The position numbers were made by a program, and so were the translations under genes. From the NCBI GenBank assembly GCA_965203295.1, contig CBDBCZ010000016.1, forward strand, positions 64,001 to 128,000: DNA of 64,000 nucleotides, written 5' to 3'. This DNA is from Nitrospirales bacterium. GTDB taxonomy: Bacteria; Nitrospirota; Nitrospiria; Nitrospirales; UBA8639. The notes beneath the pieces are model-generated. The model saw only the letters and a list, made by a program, of their open reading frames with translations. It searched no databases and was not told the origin of the DNA. Shown in pieces: positions 12,076 to 25,540 of the stretch (position 1 is its first letter; every line of letters begins with the position of its first letter).

Positions 12076-15000
12076 AACACTGTGCAAGTCAGACCACCTC
12101 TAAAGATATGGACAGGATCTCCAAATTGTGTGCAACTGCTAGCTACATTACAATATTGCCAGAGTAGTGGCTCTTGAGTGGTCAGCTAGCATAGAGTGAT
12201 AAGTGTGGCTAGGCCTTAGTGTGAGATCATTATGGAGTATGTTGCAGAGCAGACCTGCACATCTGAACAGTTTATTAAACCCAATCAGTTATCACTGTCT
12301 TTGGCTTTACTTTACTTTAACTGTCTATAACACGACTACTGCTAACACATACCAGTGACTATCACCTTTTAACAATATCCTTAGTCACAGTCTGTTACGC
12401 ATGCCTACGTATTGGCAACTGCCGTCAGCCAGTGATATGTATTTTTTAGATGCAGTTGCTATCAGAGAAGCAGCCTCAAGCAACGTATTTCCTTCTTCTT
12501 TTTCGTTTAGCCCATTTCAATACAACTGTATCAGATCCCAGTTCTCCACACCAAGGAAGGAATAGGCACGATAGGGTCGATTTGTTGGAATGTAAGTCTG
12601 CACTATTGGTTTCATTTGAGTCAGACATTCAATACCATTATTCTAGATCTGTGGTACATAAATTATTGGAAAGCAGAGCAGAAATATTGTAGAGACTGCG
12701 TATAGCTCTGAACTAACCCTGTCAAGGCTGCATGGGCATCATGCATATGAAACACACACACAAATTTTTCATCTTTAGCTTGTAATAGACTTTACTAGTT
12801 TGGGTTACTCTCTGCTGCAGACTAATCGTTTCATGTTTAACTGTTCATGTTACATGTAGTTGTGGTGCTTTCACAGTTAGTTTCAAAGTAATGTATACAA
12901 TGTTTTGCATACGTAGCTATGTTTCTATGGAGGAGCCCCTGGAATCATGTGAAAATCTTTTGCAAGAAATGATATCTGGTGTAGAAATGCTGAAGAAACA
13001 GGTCTGTATCACTTCAAACTGCCAGTATAAACCTGTATGTATGTATGTACGTACTTACGTACATGTATGTATGTTAATTACACATTTGGTCAACAGCATG
13101 GGCAGGTGCATGTTGAAACTTACTTGCATACAAAGCACGTGGCATACTACTTTCTACTGTAGACCACACGTTTATCCAGAAAGGAGAGTCTTGTCTACAG
13201 TACCATTCATACACTGCTATACATGCAGTATGTTAGAGCAAGTATGACTGTCTTATATTACGTCTACACTGCTGTACATGCAGCATGTATGACTGTCATG
13301 TGATGTGGCTCAGCTTTAATGTGAAACGTGCTACGCAACATGCTTCCTTGGCAGTATTCTATTACCATAAGAGTGTATGGAACTTGTGAATTGTTATCTT
13401 TAACAGCTAGCTGACACTGAGAGCCAACTGCAGTCTGCTACTAGCCGTAGCTCTTCACCCCGGAAAGAGCTGATGGGCAAGGATGCCACTGTGATTTCAC
13501 TGACTCAGGAAAACCGGAGATTACAGGAGGAGAGCAAACTTTCTGCAAGGCGCTCCTCTCAACTGAAACAAGAGTGTAGAGAAAGACGTACATCTTATTA
13601 ATGCTTCCCTTCAAAAGCAGGTCAGCATCATGTGCACTGTATACATATGTGTGTCATGTACATAACATTGGGTATGGTTATTCTGTGCACATACAGCTCT
13701 TGTATGCATGTATGTCTATGTTTGGACTAGGGCAGTGTACATGTTCACACCTTCCGGATTTTAAAGGTATTGTTAACTTGAAGGCCTGGTACTCAGGCAA
13801 AAACCTGGGACTATTTATTTGAATTATAAGTGCCCTGTTACGCTTACCAGAAGATTGTGTTAGCAGTAAAGAAGCTACTTTACTGTATCATACCTCCTAA
13901 AACCAGAGCCCAGCTGGGAGTTGAACCCAGGACCTTCTGATTGTTAGTCAATAGGCAAGTTTTATACTAAACCCGCTAGAAGCACTCGCCAATATGACCT
14001 GCCAATTCTAACTGTAATTACTCTCTTAAGATAGTATCATGCAGCACCCACGTATGTGTTGCTGCTCTCTTCTGTTATTGTTTCATGTTGCATGCATACT
14101 ACAGGTGAGAAGTTGACAGAACTAAATAATGATCTTCAAAAGGTAAATGTGTAGAAAGTAACTGTCAATTATTAGAGTATGGAGAAACAGGATGTTCAAA
14201 TCATATGTAGTATTCTGAATCACTACGATGCACACTTAGTAATACATTTACTATGCTTTCAACACTTGATATGCTGTGATTCACTCTCACTTGCGTCAGT
14301 GAGTATGTTTTGAGCTTGTGAAGTACAGTAGAACGGTAGAGCAATTTCACCGGTTTCCAAAGCTATACTTCCAGCTGCTGCGGTGCATATGTATATGTGT
14401 GGGTGTTCAAACTTACGTAACAATAGATGTTAGATTTATGTACTGACATATTTTTAATACATACAAGACATGATTTTGCGAATGATAAGCTGATATTCAG
14501 CTTCCTGTTCTTTAGAGATTAAAACAAAGCCAAGCTAATAGAAGAGAAGCTCAGCGCTAATGAATGAAAGAGGAAATCTGAACTTACCAAGAAGAGAAAA
14601 GATGATGCAACTGCTAAACAGGTAAGTAGTATTAAATTGAAACCACATGGCTGTTTTGCAGGTTTATCGTTCATGTATGCAACACTGTCAAGCTCTCATC
14701 TTCTCTTTAGGTTGCCAGCTTCAATCACAAGATGTTTTAGAAGACCAAGTTTCTGAAGCAAAAGAGAGAGAGAGTAACCGTACTTGATAATGCGAAGCAT
14801 AAAGGTACACATGCGAATATCCTTTTGTAAAATACTCTAATGTACTAGGCTGGGTTACGTATATCATATAACATTGATCGGTCGTTGGATAACAGTATGA
14901 ATATGTACTCACCAACTGCTTTCAGGCTATGTTTGTCCATTACGAGGTGAGAAACATGTTGACCTCCAGTATTAATAGAATGAAGAAATATACTGTATGA

Positions 15001-17159
15001 CAGCTTTTCAATCTCATGAATCACTACTGAGAGCCACAGTCATGCCCATTGCTACATGGTGTGAGATTATATCGCAGGCTGGCTGCTTGAGAATAACTTG
15101 TTTATGCTATGCATATGTCATTGTGTATGGGTGCCGGTGTTATGTATACCCCTGTCACGTGTGTATGCCTCTTGTGCATACAGATGTCCACTTTATGTGA
15201 GCAGCTGGTTACACTAGCCTCCAACGGGCTGTCTCAGAGCACTGACATCAGCCCTGAAGCAGCTACTAGTGCTGTGACAACACTGGTGGAGGAGAACACA
15301 CATCTGAAAGAGGACATTGAAAGAGTGACTCAACAACTGGGGCAGGTTTGACTCTTGCCACATGGAGTTGTGTGTTTCTTGATGTTACTCCAGTAATCTA
15401 CATTTCCTTACACCATGTACGCAGAAAAACAGTGTACATATTTATTGTATACATATATACCTACATCATTCATTCATTTCTGGAGCACTGTGTTCTGCAA
15501 AAAATCAGTAACACACTGTATAAGTGTATAAGTACGGCAAAGAAGCTGAGGTGCAGGTGTATAACGCAGGAAATATGGTTAAGAATCATTGATGTTGTTG
15601 CTGGTGGTAATAGAAATACTCTCTGCATAAACAAACTGATTCATGTAGCATCATCGAACACACTTTGGGAAGTAAAGGTTCCATAGCCTGCTGCATATAT
15701 ATTGAGATCTACGACTGAAATATTCCTTAATCTTTAGTATAATATACACCCAGGCCCTATGTTATGGCAGTACTATAATTATAGTAACTACGTATACAGG
15801 CACGTATGTATTTTAGTTACTGCGTATATGTACATATACGTTTAATGTGTTTATTGCCACTTCCTGTATTTCATACAGCTGCAAGACAGTCATTCTGCTG
15901 TGCGTTCTGGAGTTCATAGTGTTGTTGAGTGCTTTCTGGGAATGAAGGTGATGCACTTCATTGTAGTAGTAACTTGCATGTAAAAAGTTTTTAATAATAT
16001 ATGGTTGAACAGAAGATCTGGCTCTTTGCTAGCCAAGGGCACATTTATGAACCCAGAAAAAGTGTGAACTTTTTCTGATTCTATAATAGTACCCAAAAAT
16101 CCATATAAATTCACATTGAACTATATTGGAGAAAACCTTGCCTGGTTAAGAGCCGGCTAGCTAGCTTGTAAAGTAATGAAAAGTGTGTGAATGGTGAGAT
16201 TTCTATGTGATAGATACGTTGCTACCATACACATATTCAGTTTATTTAAAGCAGGAGATTATTCAACCTAATTAAGTGCCTATAATTTTATAGTGGTTTC
16301 ATGGTATAAACAGTTTATTTTACTGCTTCTAATTCTCTACCTTGAACATACGTACATATTTCCATAAAGTATACATGTATGAGCATACGTACATATGCCC
16401 ACTGCTATTCACAGCCTACATAATCGAAAATTACTGCCCTACAATTTTTTTAAAGCCAATATTGTTAAACTATGTCCTGTCAAGATGACATCTTTCTATA
16501 GGCATTCTTATTGTTACAAGTATCATATGTGCTCTCATCTAAAGACCACATGCACAGTAACATACCCCACAATTAACCCCACAATTAACTGACAATTGGG
16601 GTTTGGCAACGTACTGGAGATGGGATTGGCTCTGCTATTGACTGAAGGTTAGAATCATAAATTCCACCAGTTTTAAACAAATTTTGAATGACACATGAAA
16701 TTTTTCATGTTTTCATGTATCAAACGAAAAGAACAGCTGGATACTAAATGTATTTTTCCCAGGCCAAAATACACATACACACATACACACATACACATGA
16801 GCTTATGCTTGTGTCATTACATTAGTAGCACTTAAAACTGTCTATTGCATTATTTATAGTTACTACTATAGTAAGTATAATATTATTATTATATAATAAT
16901 ATTATAGCAAATTATTGTTACTGCATGTCCTTTATAATTATGTAAGAATGCTGCAATAATAATTATTCACTGCATGTCCAAAGTATTCTGTTGCAGGATG
17001 TGTTCAAGGGAGTAGATTATTCCACGAATGATTGAATAAACATCTATAACAACACATAATATTAGTATAGCTGCATGTTCGGTATAATATTACAAGGTGA
17101 CAAGGATATCAACAAAGTATAGGGAACATATAATATTATGGCATTATACGGCTGGTCAC

Positions 17160-17915
17160 AAGCTGTATCACTTCAGTGGTAACTGTTTCTAGTTTGTGCT
17201 AATGGCTTGCCCCAAGTTGCATCACTTCATAGACCCCTGAGGTGACTGTTTCTCGTTTGCGTTAATGACTGGCCCCAAGTTGTATCACTTTTTTTGGCCC
17301 TGTGGTGACTGTTGGTCGTTTGTGTCAATCCCGGCTTGGCATTAATTTCTATCTCTTCATAGCTCTACCTCTGTGGTGACCGTTTTGTTTAATGGCTTGC
17401 CCCAAATTCGAGATTGCGTTAAGTTTCGCAATTGCGTTAATGTTTCGCGATTGCGTTAATATTTCGCGATTGCGTTAATGCAAGTTTCTCGAGTGCGTTA
17501 ATGGCTGCCCTCAAGTTTGTGACTGTTTCTCAATTGCGCTATGGCTGTCCCTAAGTCATATCATACTTCATAGGCCCCTGTGGTGACTGATTCTTGTCCG
17601 CGTTCAAGCGATTGTGTTTGTTTCGAGTTTGCGTTAGTGTTTCGCGATTGCGTTAATGTTTCGCGATTGCGTTAGTGTTTCGCGATTGCGTTTATGTTTC
17701 GCGACTGCGTTAGTGTTTCGCGATTGCGTTAATGCAAGTTTTTCGAGGGAGTTAATGGCTGCCCTCAAGTTTGTGACTGTTTCTGAATTGCGCTACGGCT
17801 GTCCCTAAGTTATATCATACTTAATAGGCCCCTGTGTTGACTGATTTTTGTTCGCGTTGAAGGCTTGCCTTAAATTCAAGCGATTGTGTTGGTTCGAGCG
17901 TCGAGATTGCGTTAA
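17160..17915. repeat. Complex CpG-rich minisatellite: ~60-bp unit with nested 19-bp TTTCGCGATTGCGTTAATG expansions (paralog about 49195-49950)
   Basis: Recurrent CCCCAAGTTGTATCACTTC..TGTGGTGACTGTTTCTCG and tandem TTTCGCGATTGCGTTA. A further cluster is at 18472-18521. Confidence 0.85.
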
Positions 17916-17988
17916 CGACTCCAAAGTGTACTGGCAAGCGGAAACTATCGGCAAGGAAGTACATGTGAGAGAGTAATTACATGGCTGG

Positions 17989-18181
17989 GTCCTACTGGCA
18001 AGTGCTAAGAGCGGGTTTAGTGGCTATATAAGTCTTAAAGCTTGCCTACTGCTCCACTGCCAAGGGGGCTCCAGTAGCTAGGTAAGAGCATCTGACTAGT
18101 ATTCAGAAAATCTTGGGTTCAATCCCCAGCTGGGTCCCAATTTTTCGAGATTTCATTACTCTCTCAGAAAGCTTATCTTCT
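17989..18181 (+). mobile_element. tRNA-like Pol III cassette (SINE-like; tRNA-like part 18068-18137, D arm shortened)
   Basis: GTAGCTAGGTAAGAGCA-TCTGA CTAGTAT TCAGA-..GGGTTCAATCCCCAG followed by T5. Homologous over its whole length to 26769-26957. Confidence 0.8.
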
Positions 18182-18466
18182 CATAGAAGTTTGCAATGTA
18201 GTATACATGTACTATATACAATGTCGCGCGCGTGTACAAAGCTTGTCAATGAATGTTTGGCCATGCAGCCATTACATGTAACAGAATGGTTTATGAAGTA
18301 CCCTTGCTTTGGTTTATGAAGTACCCTTGCTTTCACTGCTGAATGTCTGTTTCGAAACCGTGTCTTACTCATCCTACTCAAGCTGTATGGACTCGCTCCC
18401 CCACTCACCTTTTGAGGTTCTTCCTTTGCCACTGCTGACTCTAAGTACGATTGCGCGCGCCGCTCA

Positions 18467-19075
<609 letters not shown>

Positions 19076-19206
19076 AATTTTTTGACTGTACTATGGTAGT
19101 AAAGTATCCGCCCCGAACGAAAGCGCTTAGCCCCTCCCTAATCTTTAGTTATATAGCGATTGGGACCGCCCTTACAAATAGAAGAAAACACTTAGCCCCT
19201 CCCACA
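19076..19206. promoter_or_regulatory. Putative bidirectional promoter between ADPRH and SLC35F5 (paralog 51167-51297)
   Basis: 131 bp separate the divergent ATGs. It contains a 13-bp direct repeat CTTAGCCCCTCCC (19126, 19191), two CCGCCC boxes and one ATTGG. Confidence 0.6.
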
Positions 19207-19473
19207 ATGATGATGCGCTCGAAAAGGACTTGTCGTCGGTGTCCTGTTGCTGCTTCTTGTGGACGTAATTTGGGTCGGCTCAGCAGGCCTTACCAGGGTA
19301 AGTACATAGGTAGACTTCGTAAAACGGCTATGAGGGCAGAAAGTTATCCTACTATGATTACCTTGACACTAGTCTCGCGTGCCAGCACTAGCCTTAATTA
19401 ACCATAGACAGTCCTATCTATGCCCTAACCTTACCCTAAACTTCGTGCAAGTATATTAATTCTCGTGGTGTCG

Positions 19474-19749
19474 GTATAGGATAGACTACACCAAAGAGTG
19501 GGTTATGCGCCTATGTAACCCACGAGTTTGCGGTTATCCCGAGGCGAAGCCGAGGGATAAATGTAAACAAGTGGGTTATAGCGCATAACACACGAGTGGG
19601 TGTGGTCTATCTGACTTATACCACGTTGCACATGCGTACAATCTTCGCTGCGTAGCAACGTAGCGAACTGATAAAAGTGTGAGTTATGAAACTGTAACCC
19701 ATACTTATTAGCCAATCATTTTTATTGTAGATGATGTAATGTGGTATAA
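19474..19749. mobile_element. Terminal-hairpin non-autonomous element, family H (Crypton-like?)
   Basis: GTATAGG, an imperfect palindrome at 19480-19611 with GCGAAGC loop (19544-19550), then TTATACCAC..GTGGTATAA inverted repeats. Confidence 0.7.
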
Positions 19750-20304
19750 TTCTGTTTAGTTGACTCCTAACTTAAATAATGTTGAGGTGTCAATTTGACA
19801 CCTCGACTACTGCCTGTTGGTGTTCACAATGTCAACCTCATAATATATTGTAGTTAACCATCATACATGTACTGATTTTCTTTGGAGAATGAAGCTAGTA
19901 TCGTCCCCAAGACTAAGGGTCAGTTTACTGTATTAAAAGCCAAGACTTGGGGACAAGACCAGTGTTTTGTACAATTATGGATATATTTGTGGTAGGCCGA
20001 GCGCCGTAACGCGGAGCAAATGGACGGAGACTGTAGATGCTAACTGAAACTCATGCAGATCAATCTCTGCTCAAAACTCAGATGCTTATACAAAGAATGC
20101 AGATTAAATTCTATAGTGGAACAAAAGAGAGCTAGGGACAACACAACAAAGGAAACAATTAAACAATGTGCAAGAATAAACAGTGCGGGGCGACGTGTGG
20201 CTAGGCTATGACATAACCAAAAAGTAACCAAAAATAGATGTAACATTACATAACGGAAGAGGCAATATGCAAGATAAGATAACTGTAAATAGTTCAGCCA
20301 GATC

Positions 20305-20443
20305 TAGCCTCGTTCTTTGGCTCTACTGCCCAGCGTTTTTTTGCACGTAGTAAAATAAGCGGTCAGACCGCTCATTTTACTGACCACTTGTTTTACTACA
20401 TGCGAAATAAAAAGCTGGGCAGTAGAGCCTGGGAAAGTGGCTA
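20305..20443. mobile_element. TAGCCTCG-type foldback MITE (paralog about 52402-52541)
   Basis: TAGCCTCGTTCTTTGGCTCTACTGCCCAGC..GCTGGGCAGTAGAGCCTGGGAAAGTGGCTA; no TSD retained. Confidence 0.75.
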
Positions 20444-21136
20444 TTCTAAGTCCTCTATTTCATCAATAGCCTGTTTACATGTATGTTAGGTACTGGTAGA
20501 TCTGAGAACATGGAAGTAGGAGGTTCTAAAACAGTTGATGGTGTCAGACAATTGCATTACATCCCAATAAATATATCAGTTCATCAGCCGAAAAACCGAA
20601 ACTTAAGAGGAGACACCAATGCTAACGATCTCGAATTAAGAGAAGTTGTTGGTCGATCTATTCACTAAACTACTCAATCAGTGTATATGGCCAACCCATT
20701 ATGAAACCGAATTTTACTTATGTGTCTTTACTCAAGCCAGCTGTATCTTGAAATGGAACTCAGGAAATGTGCAAAATAAGCTACTTGTATGTGTGTAGAG
20801 CATATTCCACTTATAGAGTCAACTGTGTCCTCCACAACTTTGAATGTATTCTTTAGCTACATATTCTTAAAATAGCCACACAATACAGAATCATACGCAT
20901 GTGAGGAGCTACTGCAAACTGAACACCTTGCTGGTTTTAATAGCCGGAATAATGCAATGCATCTACCTCAACTGGATTCTTTGTGTAGTTAGAATAACTC
21001 TTTCAACAAGAGTCTATATTGGCATCCACAAAGAAAAGTTAGCCTTGCAGTTCTTTGTATAGTATAGTTTAGCTACAAGCAGCTCTACACTGGATATTCC
21101 CCTTTTGGCAATGAAAATCATATACCAAGCAGCAGT

Positions 21137-21747
21137 TTTTATCAGCCGGAGCGCGCACAGTGCACGAACGGCTGGTCCTAAGATTGGTTTACGTTTTCCA
21201 CGTCTGTCTGTTTGTTTGTGTGTTTGAAGTGGATGGGGTACATTGACTCTTTTACTTTTACTTTTGCTTTTGTATTTTATCTCTTACTTTGTCTTTTTAT
21301 TTATTTTGTGTACATTGTACGTGCAGTTTATACGTATAACAAGTCTAAAAAACCAGCCGGGCGCCTTTCCCATACAATGCACACAACTTAGTTTAGGCCA
21401 AGCTAACTGGGAGTGCTAACTGCAGCTGTAGAACACAGTACAGCGAAAGTGCTGACTCAGCAGTTTTGTTGTGCGCCTCCAGATAGTAGCTATACACCAC
21501 GAAAACGGAATCTTTATAGCTGCCTAGGCAACACACAACTACCTTATTTTGCTGTAGCTTGGCCTGCAAATCTCCAAAAGCTGCTATACACTGCAGTTGC
21601 ATAGTTGCATAGTAGCAGTTGATGTATTATATTGGGCATGTGATAAGTGTGGACGCACAAACAAACAAGCAAACAAACAAACACAGAAAACGTAAGGCAA
21701 TTTTAGGACCAGCAGTTCGTGTGCTGCGTACGCTCTGGCTAGTAAAA
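21137..21747. mobile_element. Two oppositely oriented HINE-like elements (or one element with ~90-bp TIRs); paralog about 53235-53845
   Basis: TTTTATCAGCCGGAGCG..GCTGGTCCTAAGATTGG..(GTTT)n is mirrored by (AAAC)n..TTAGGACCAGC..CGCTCTGGCTAGTAAAA. Confidence 0.55.
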
Positions 21748-21769
21748 TGTATTTTGTATATACTTATAT

Positions 21770-22044
21770 ACTCTTTTTCTCCTATATAATATAGGAGAAA
21801 AAGAGTGATATGCCCACTGTTCCTTTCCTATATAATATAGGAGGGAAATTGTGGGTATCCACTATTTCCCTCCTATAGTATATGGGAGAGAATTAGTGGA
21901 ACTTCCACTATTTCCCTCCTATATTATATGGGAATGAAATAGTGGCAATCCACTATTTCTCTCCTATATTATAGGGGAAGAAATTTGGTGGCACTTCCAC
22001 TATTTTTCCCCTATATAATATAGGAGAGCGTCATGGAATAGTGG
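21770..22044. repeat. Tandem array of six ~45-bp self-palindromic units (paralog 53868-54142)
   Basis: Consensus CCACTATTTCCCTCCTATAT-A/T-ATATAGGAGGGAAATAGTGG with short spacers. Confidence 0.9.
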
Positions 22045-24024
22045 AAAACTGTACCAACCCTATATCCTACTGCTCCCTTCCAATGAAATGTATTAGAGAT
22101 GATGTAATGTAAGTTTGTTAGTGCATCCTATGTTACTATGCAGGCCAAGCTACAGCAAATGACGTAGCGAACCCAGGTTTTTAGTTCTTTCTTTCAGCAT
22201 TGCTGTTATACTATCCGAACACTGTGCTGTTCCACATAGTACTACGCTACGCTAAAGGCTGCTGCAAATGATAGTTCTGCTGTGTGATTACAGGTTCTAA
22301 CTTGAGTGGGTAGGGGGAGCAAAAGTATTGGGAAACACGACCGTCAAGCTGTTCAGACATTTGTATACCACAGTGCTGCTTCACTCTTCAGAAGAGGTAG
22401 CTTTAGGAGTTTTATGGGACTTCTTTGGCTTAGCGTATTTGTACCTGATGGGGAACTAAGTATGATCATCATCATGCAACTAATCATTTTGCTGGAAGTA
22501 AATACCCTATACTCTGGAGTATAAGTACCCATCAATTATCAATTACAAGTACCCTATGAATGAAGTACCCATTAACCCAGTTGCTTTTCTCTGCCTGAAT
22601 AGTAGTACCCTTTCAAATGAATTAACTGGGATGTATAAATAGTGCATGTGTGACTAGTTAAGCATGAATAGTGACGATAACGGGTCCACCTACATGTAGG
22701 TCTGCATTAGGAGGTGTATGGGCTGTCGGTGGGGGCATAGAACTGCCTTGTGAGTATGCACTTCACTGTGTAAAGAAATACTGCTCACATGTAAGAACAG
22801 CGCTATGGCGATCAGCAGGGTTCTACCCACACTGGTCGTCAGGGGTCGGGTCTAACCACCACTTAGCCTTTTGGACCTCCACTCAACTAATGTTTAACTC
22901 TTTTTACAGTATTTTTAATATAGGAGAAAGTCTGTTTAGTTAGAGTGTCTAGGGTGCTTAGAGATACACAGAAGTGACTGTCAAGACCATAACAAAAGTC
23001 TTATTGTGCATGCTGTTGTACTACCATACTTGTTAGAAAAGTACCCCATGATTAAAAGTACACTTGCTCCAGAGTTTACGTTATTTTGTGTATCACACCA
23101 AGGCACTAGAGGCTGCCTTATGCTGTGTTCTAGCTTCACTCACAGACCAGCTGACCTGTAGGACAAATGTCAACCAAAACTCTTGCAACTATTGCGAAAC
23201 AAAACTGCTCCAGGCCACAGAATTGGAGCTACCCACTGTTTTTACTTGTTTCATCATTTTCAGGTGAAGAGCTATAAGTTTTCTCTGATTTGATCTGATT
23301 TTAAGTTTCTATAGTGGAATAAGAACTTACAACTCATCAAATCCACCCTGGAAAGGTAGACACAGGTGCCTTTATTTAAACTGTACATTACTACTAACAG
23401 TTAGTGCTTTTGTGGTACTAGTTGATATTGACTGTTTACTTTGTTTCACTACGTCTTTCTTATTTATGTTAAATGCATGGTCTGGGGTCCTTTACCATAA
23501 TATATCCTATCGGGATACTCCAGTGTGTGTGTGTCACTTATGTACATACAGTAGATTTGACGTTTGTAAATCTTCTGGTAGACTTTTTTCATGATAAGCA
23601 GGGTGGACAGATGGAGAAAAGTAGTTGTTTAAACCCACTTGTACATACATGTGGGGTAGTAAGCGGCAACACACAAACTCTCCCTTCAACAGTGACAGTA
23701 GTATTATCTTGGGCAATTTGACAGTACTATGTTGTGTACATGTACACGTATGCGCTGTGATTTACGTAATACCTGTGCGGTCGAGAAAGATGAAGAGGAA
23801 AAATAATTTACCAATGGACAGTAATCAGTGTTCCAACAGAGCAGCACAATTGCTTTGAATTGTTTGCATGTGATGGTATCGTCATATAGGAAGCGAGTAT
23901 AAAGCTACTGCAGGTTGGAATATTTAGCTGATACCTGGCTGTCATGCGTATCTATTTCAAGCACACTTGCAAGAACTCCTGACAATGTGTGGGCAGACGT
24001 GGTTGTTAAAGTTTGTGCCATAGT

Positions 24025-24179
24025 CAGTGTTCTAGCCAGAGGCAAGTGCAAAGAGTGGTGCCTTCTCAGAGATCAAAGCATAGCTGTGGTTTAATTACAT
24101 TCTTTCAACCACATCAAGAGGGAATTGTGTACATAAGAGCAGTGGAGCACCACTCTTCCACTCTTTAGCTAGAACACTG
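24025..24179. mobile_element. Short MITE with CAGTG ends (hAT-like)
   Basis: CAGTGTTCTAGC..GCTAGAACACTG plus an inner inverted pair AAGAGTGGTGC/GCACCACTCTT; no TSD visible. Confidence 0.6.
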
Positions 24180-25467
24180 ATATGTGTGTTCCCCTTTTTT
24201 GGCACTTCTGCATAGTCCAGAAGTAGGTTGTAGAAAACAGCTACTAGTCAGTAGCAGTGGTACAAAAATAAAGGACACCGCTCAGTACAGTAAATGGCTT
24301 ATGCTCATATTTATCTCTCCAGAAAATAATTGATATAATTGTGTTTGGCTGGGGCCAGGTTTGTAATGCTCAGCAGCTTCGACTCGTTTACATGACTACC
24401 AAAGATAATCTTGACAAGGCAGTGATAAAAACTAAAAATGAGGTAAATCACGCCTACAAAGTATTACCTAATCATAGATAATGCCATTTACAGGTTAGTA
24501 TCTGAATTAGACCAATTCCAACTTGTGGTAAGGAGACATGTCACATCTGGTGTTAATACTTCCAATTGCAAGTGACTCACCCAACCGGCCGTGTGTGATG
24601 TGCTTTTCTGTAACTGTAGCTGTGATTCTTGCAACTACAATGTTGTCTGGAAACAAACACCCCATTTACCATATCATGTATACATGTATGAATGTTTACA
24701 GTAAAACCTTGTGTATAGACACCCTAAATTAACCATTTCCTATAATAAGTATTCAGACATGTAGACTAAATGCTAACAGTGACTGACTAAGTAATCTACC
24801 TACATGTAATGTACCTACATGTATGTACATGTACGTAGTGAATTTCTCGGTGGAACACTATAACATGTTCTAATCATGTAGTTTACAGCTGTTTAAATGG
24901 CAGGACAAAAGTTTTTGGCCTTGCCAGTCCAAACAGAAGTTGACATTTGTGGTGTCTCCATTTACTACTGTGTTAACCGAAAAGCATTTGTCAAGTCCGT
25001 TTCTTACTCATATCTACATGTACATAACGTACCTGACATGCTGAGATGATAATTAACAATATAGTCCCTGACAGAGGTCTCATTAAATTTGGTGGTTGCA
25101 TAATGTAAGATTGTTTTCATGAATTGTTTTCTTTCTCTGCAGTATATCTTCAAGAATGAGACGTACGAGAAGCCCTTATTCACAACACATTTCAAGACTG
25201 CTCTGTTTTCGATTTATTTAGTGGGATTTATTTTTTGGAGGCCATGGCAACGTCTCTGTTTCTTGAGAAAGAAGCATACTCATTGTGCTCCTACGGCTCA
25301 GAATCAGTTACAAGGACAGCAGTCAGACAACCAGGTACATGTTACAGTAGTGTGTATGTACATGTATGTGTACATGTACATGTATATTCACTTTTTATAT
25401 ATTATTGAAATGTCTGTATTCAGTGTTGGGAAGCTCACTTTGGCAATTGAGAATGTGCATATCTGCA

Positions 25468-25540
25468 TGAACGTTACATCACTATGCATGCACAGCTAGG
25501 CTATGCCATGGCCTAGCTGTGCATAGTGATGTAACGTTCA
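25468..25540. repeat. 73-bp near-perfect palindrome
   Basis: TGAACGTTACATCACTATGCA..CAGCTAGGC / GCCTAGCTG..TGCATAGTGATGTAACGTTCA. Confidence 0.85.

Noticed and set aside
19093..19401. 102-aa ORF as a gene
   Set aside because: It spans the promoter, exon 1 in the wrong frame and intron sequence. The conserved SLC35F5 peptide is in another frame.
19422..19441. Telomere-like CCCTAACCTTACCCTAAAC
   Set aside because: Only about three imperfect units; too short to call an interstitial telomere.
21770..22044. CRISPR-like array
   Set aside because: Palindromic units are separated by only a few bases with no unique spacers; eukaryotic context and no cas genes.
22490..22620. Clustered AAGTACCC motifs as a transposon subterminal region
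   Set aside because: No recognisable terminus or TSD could be fixed.
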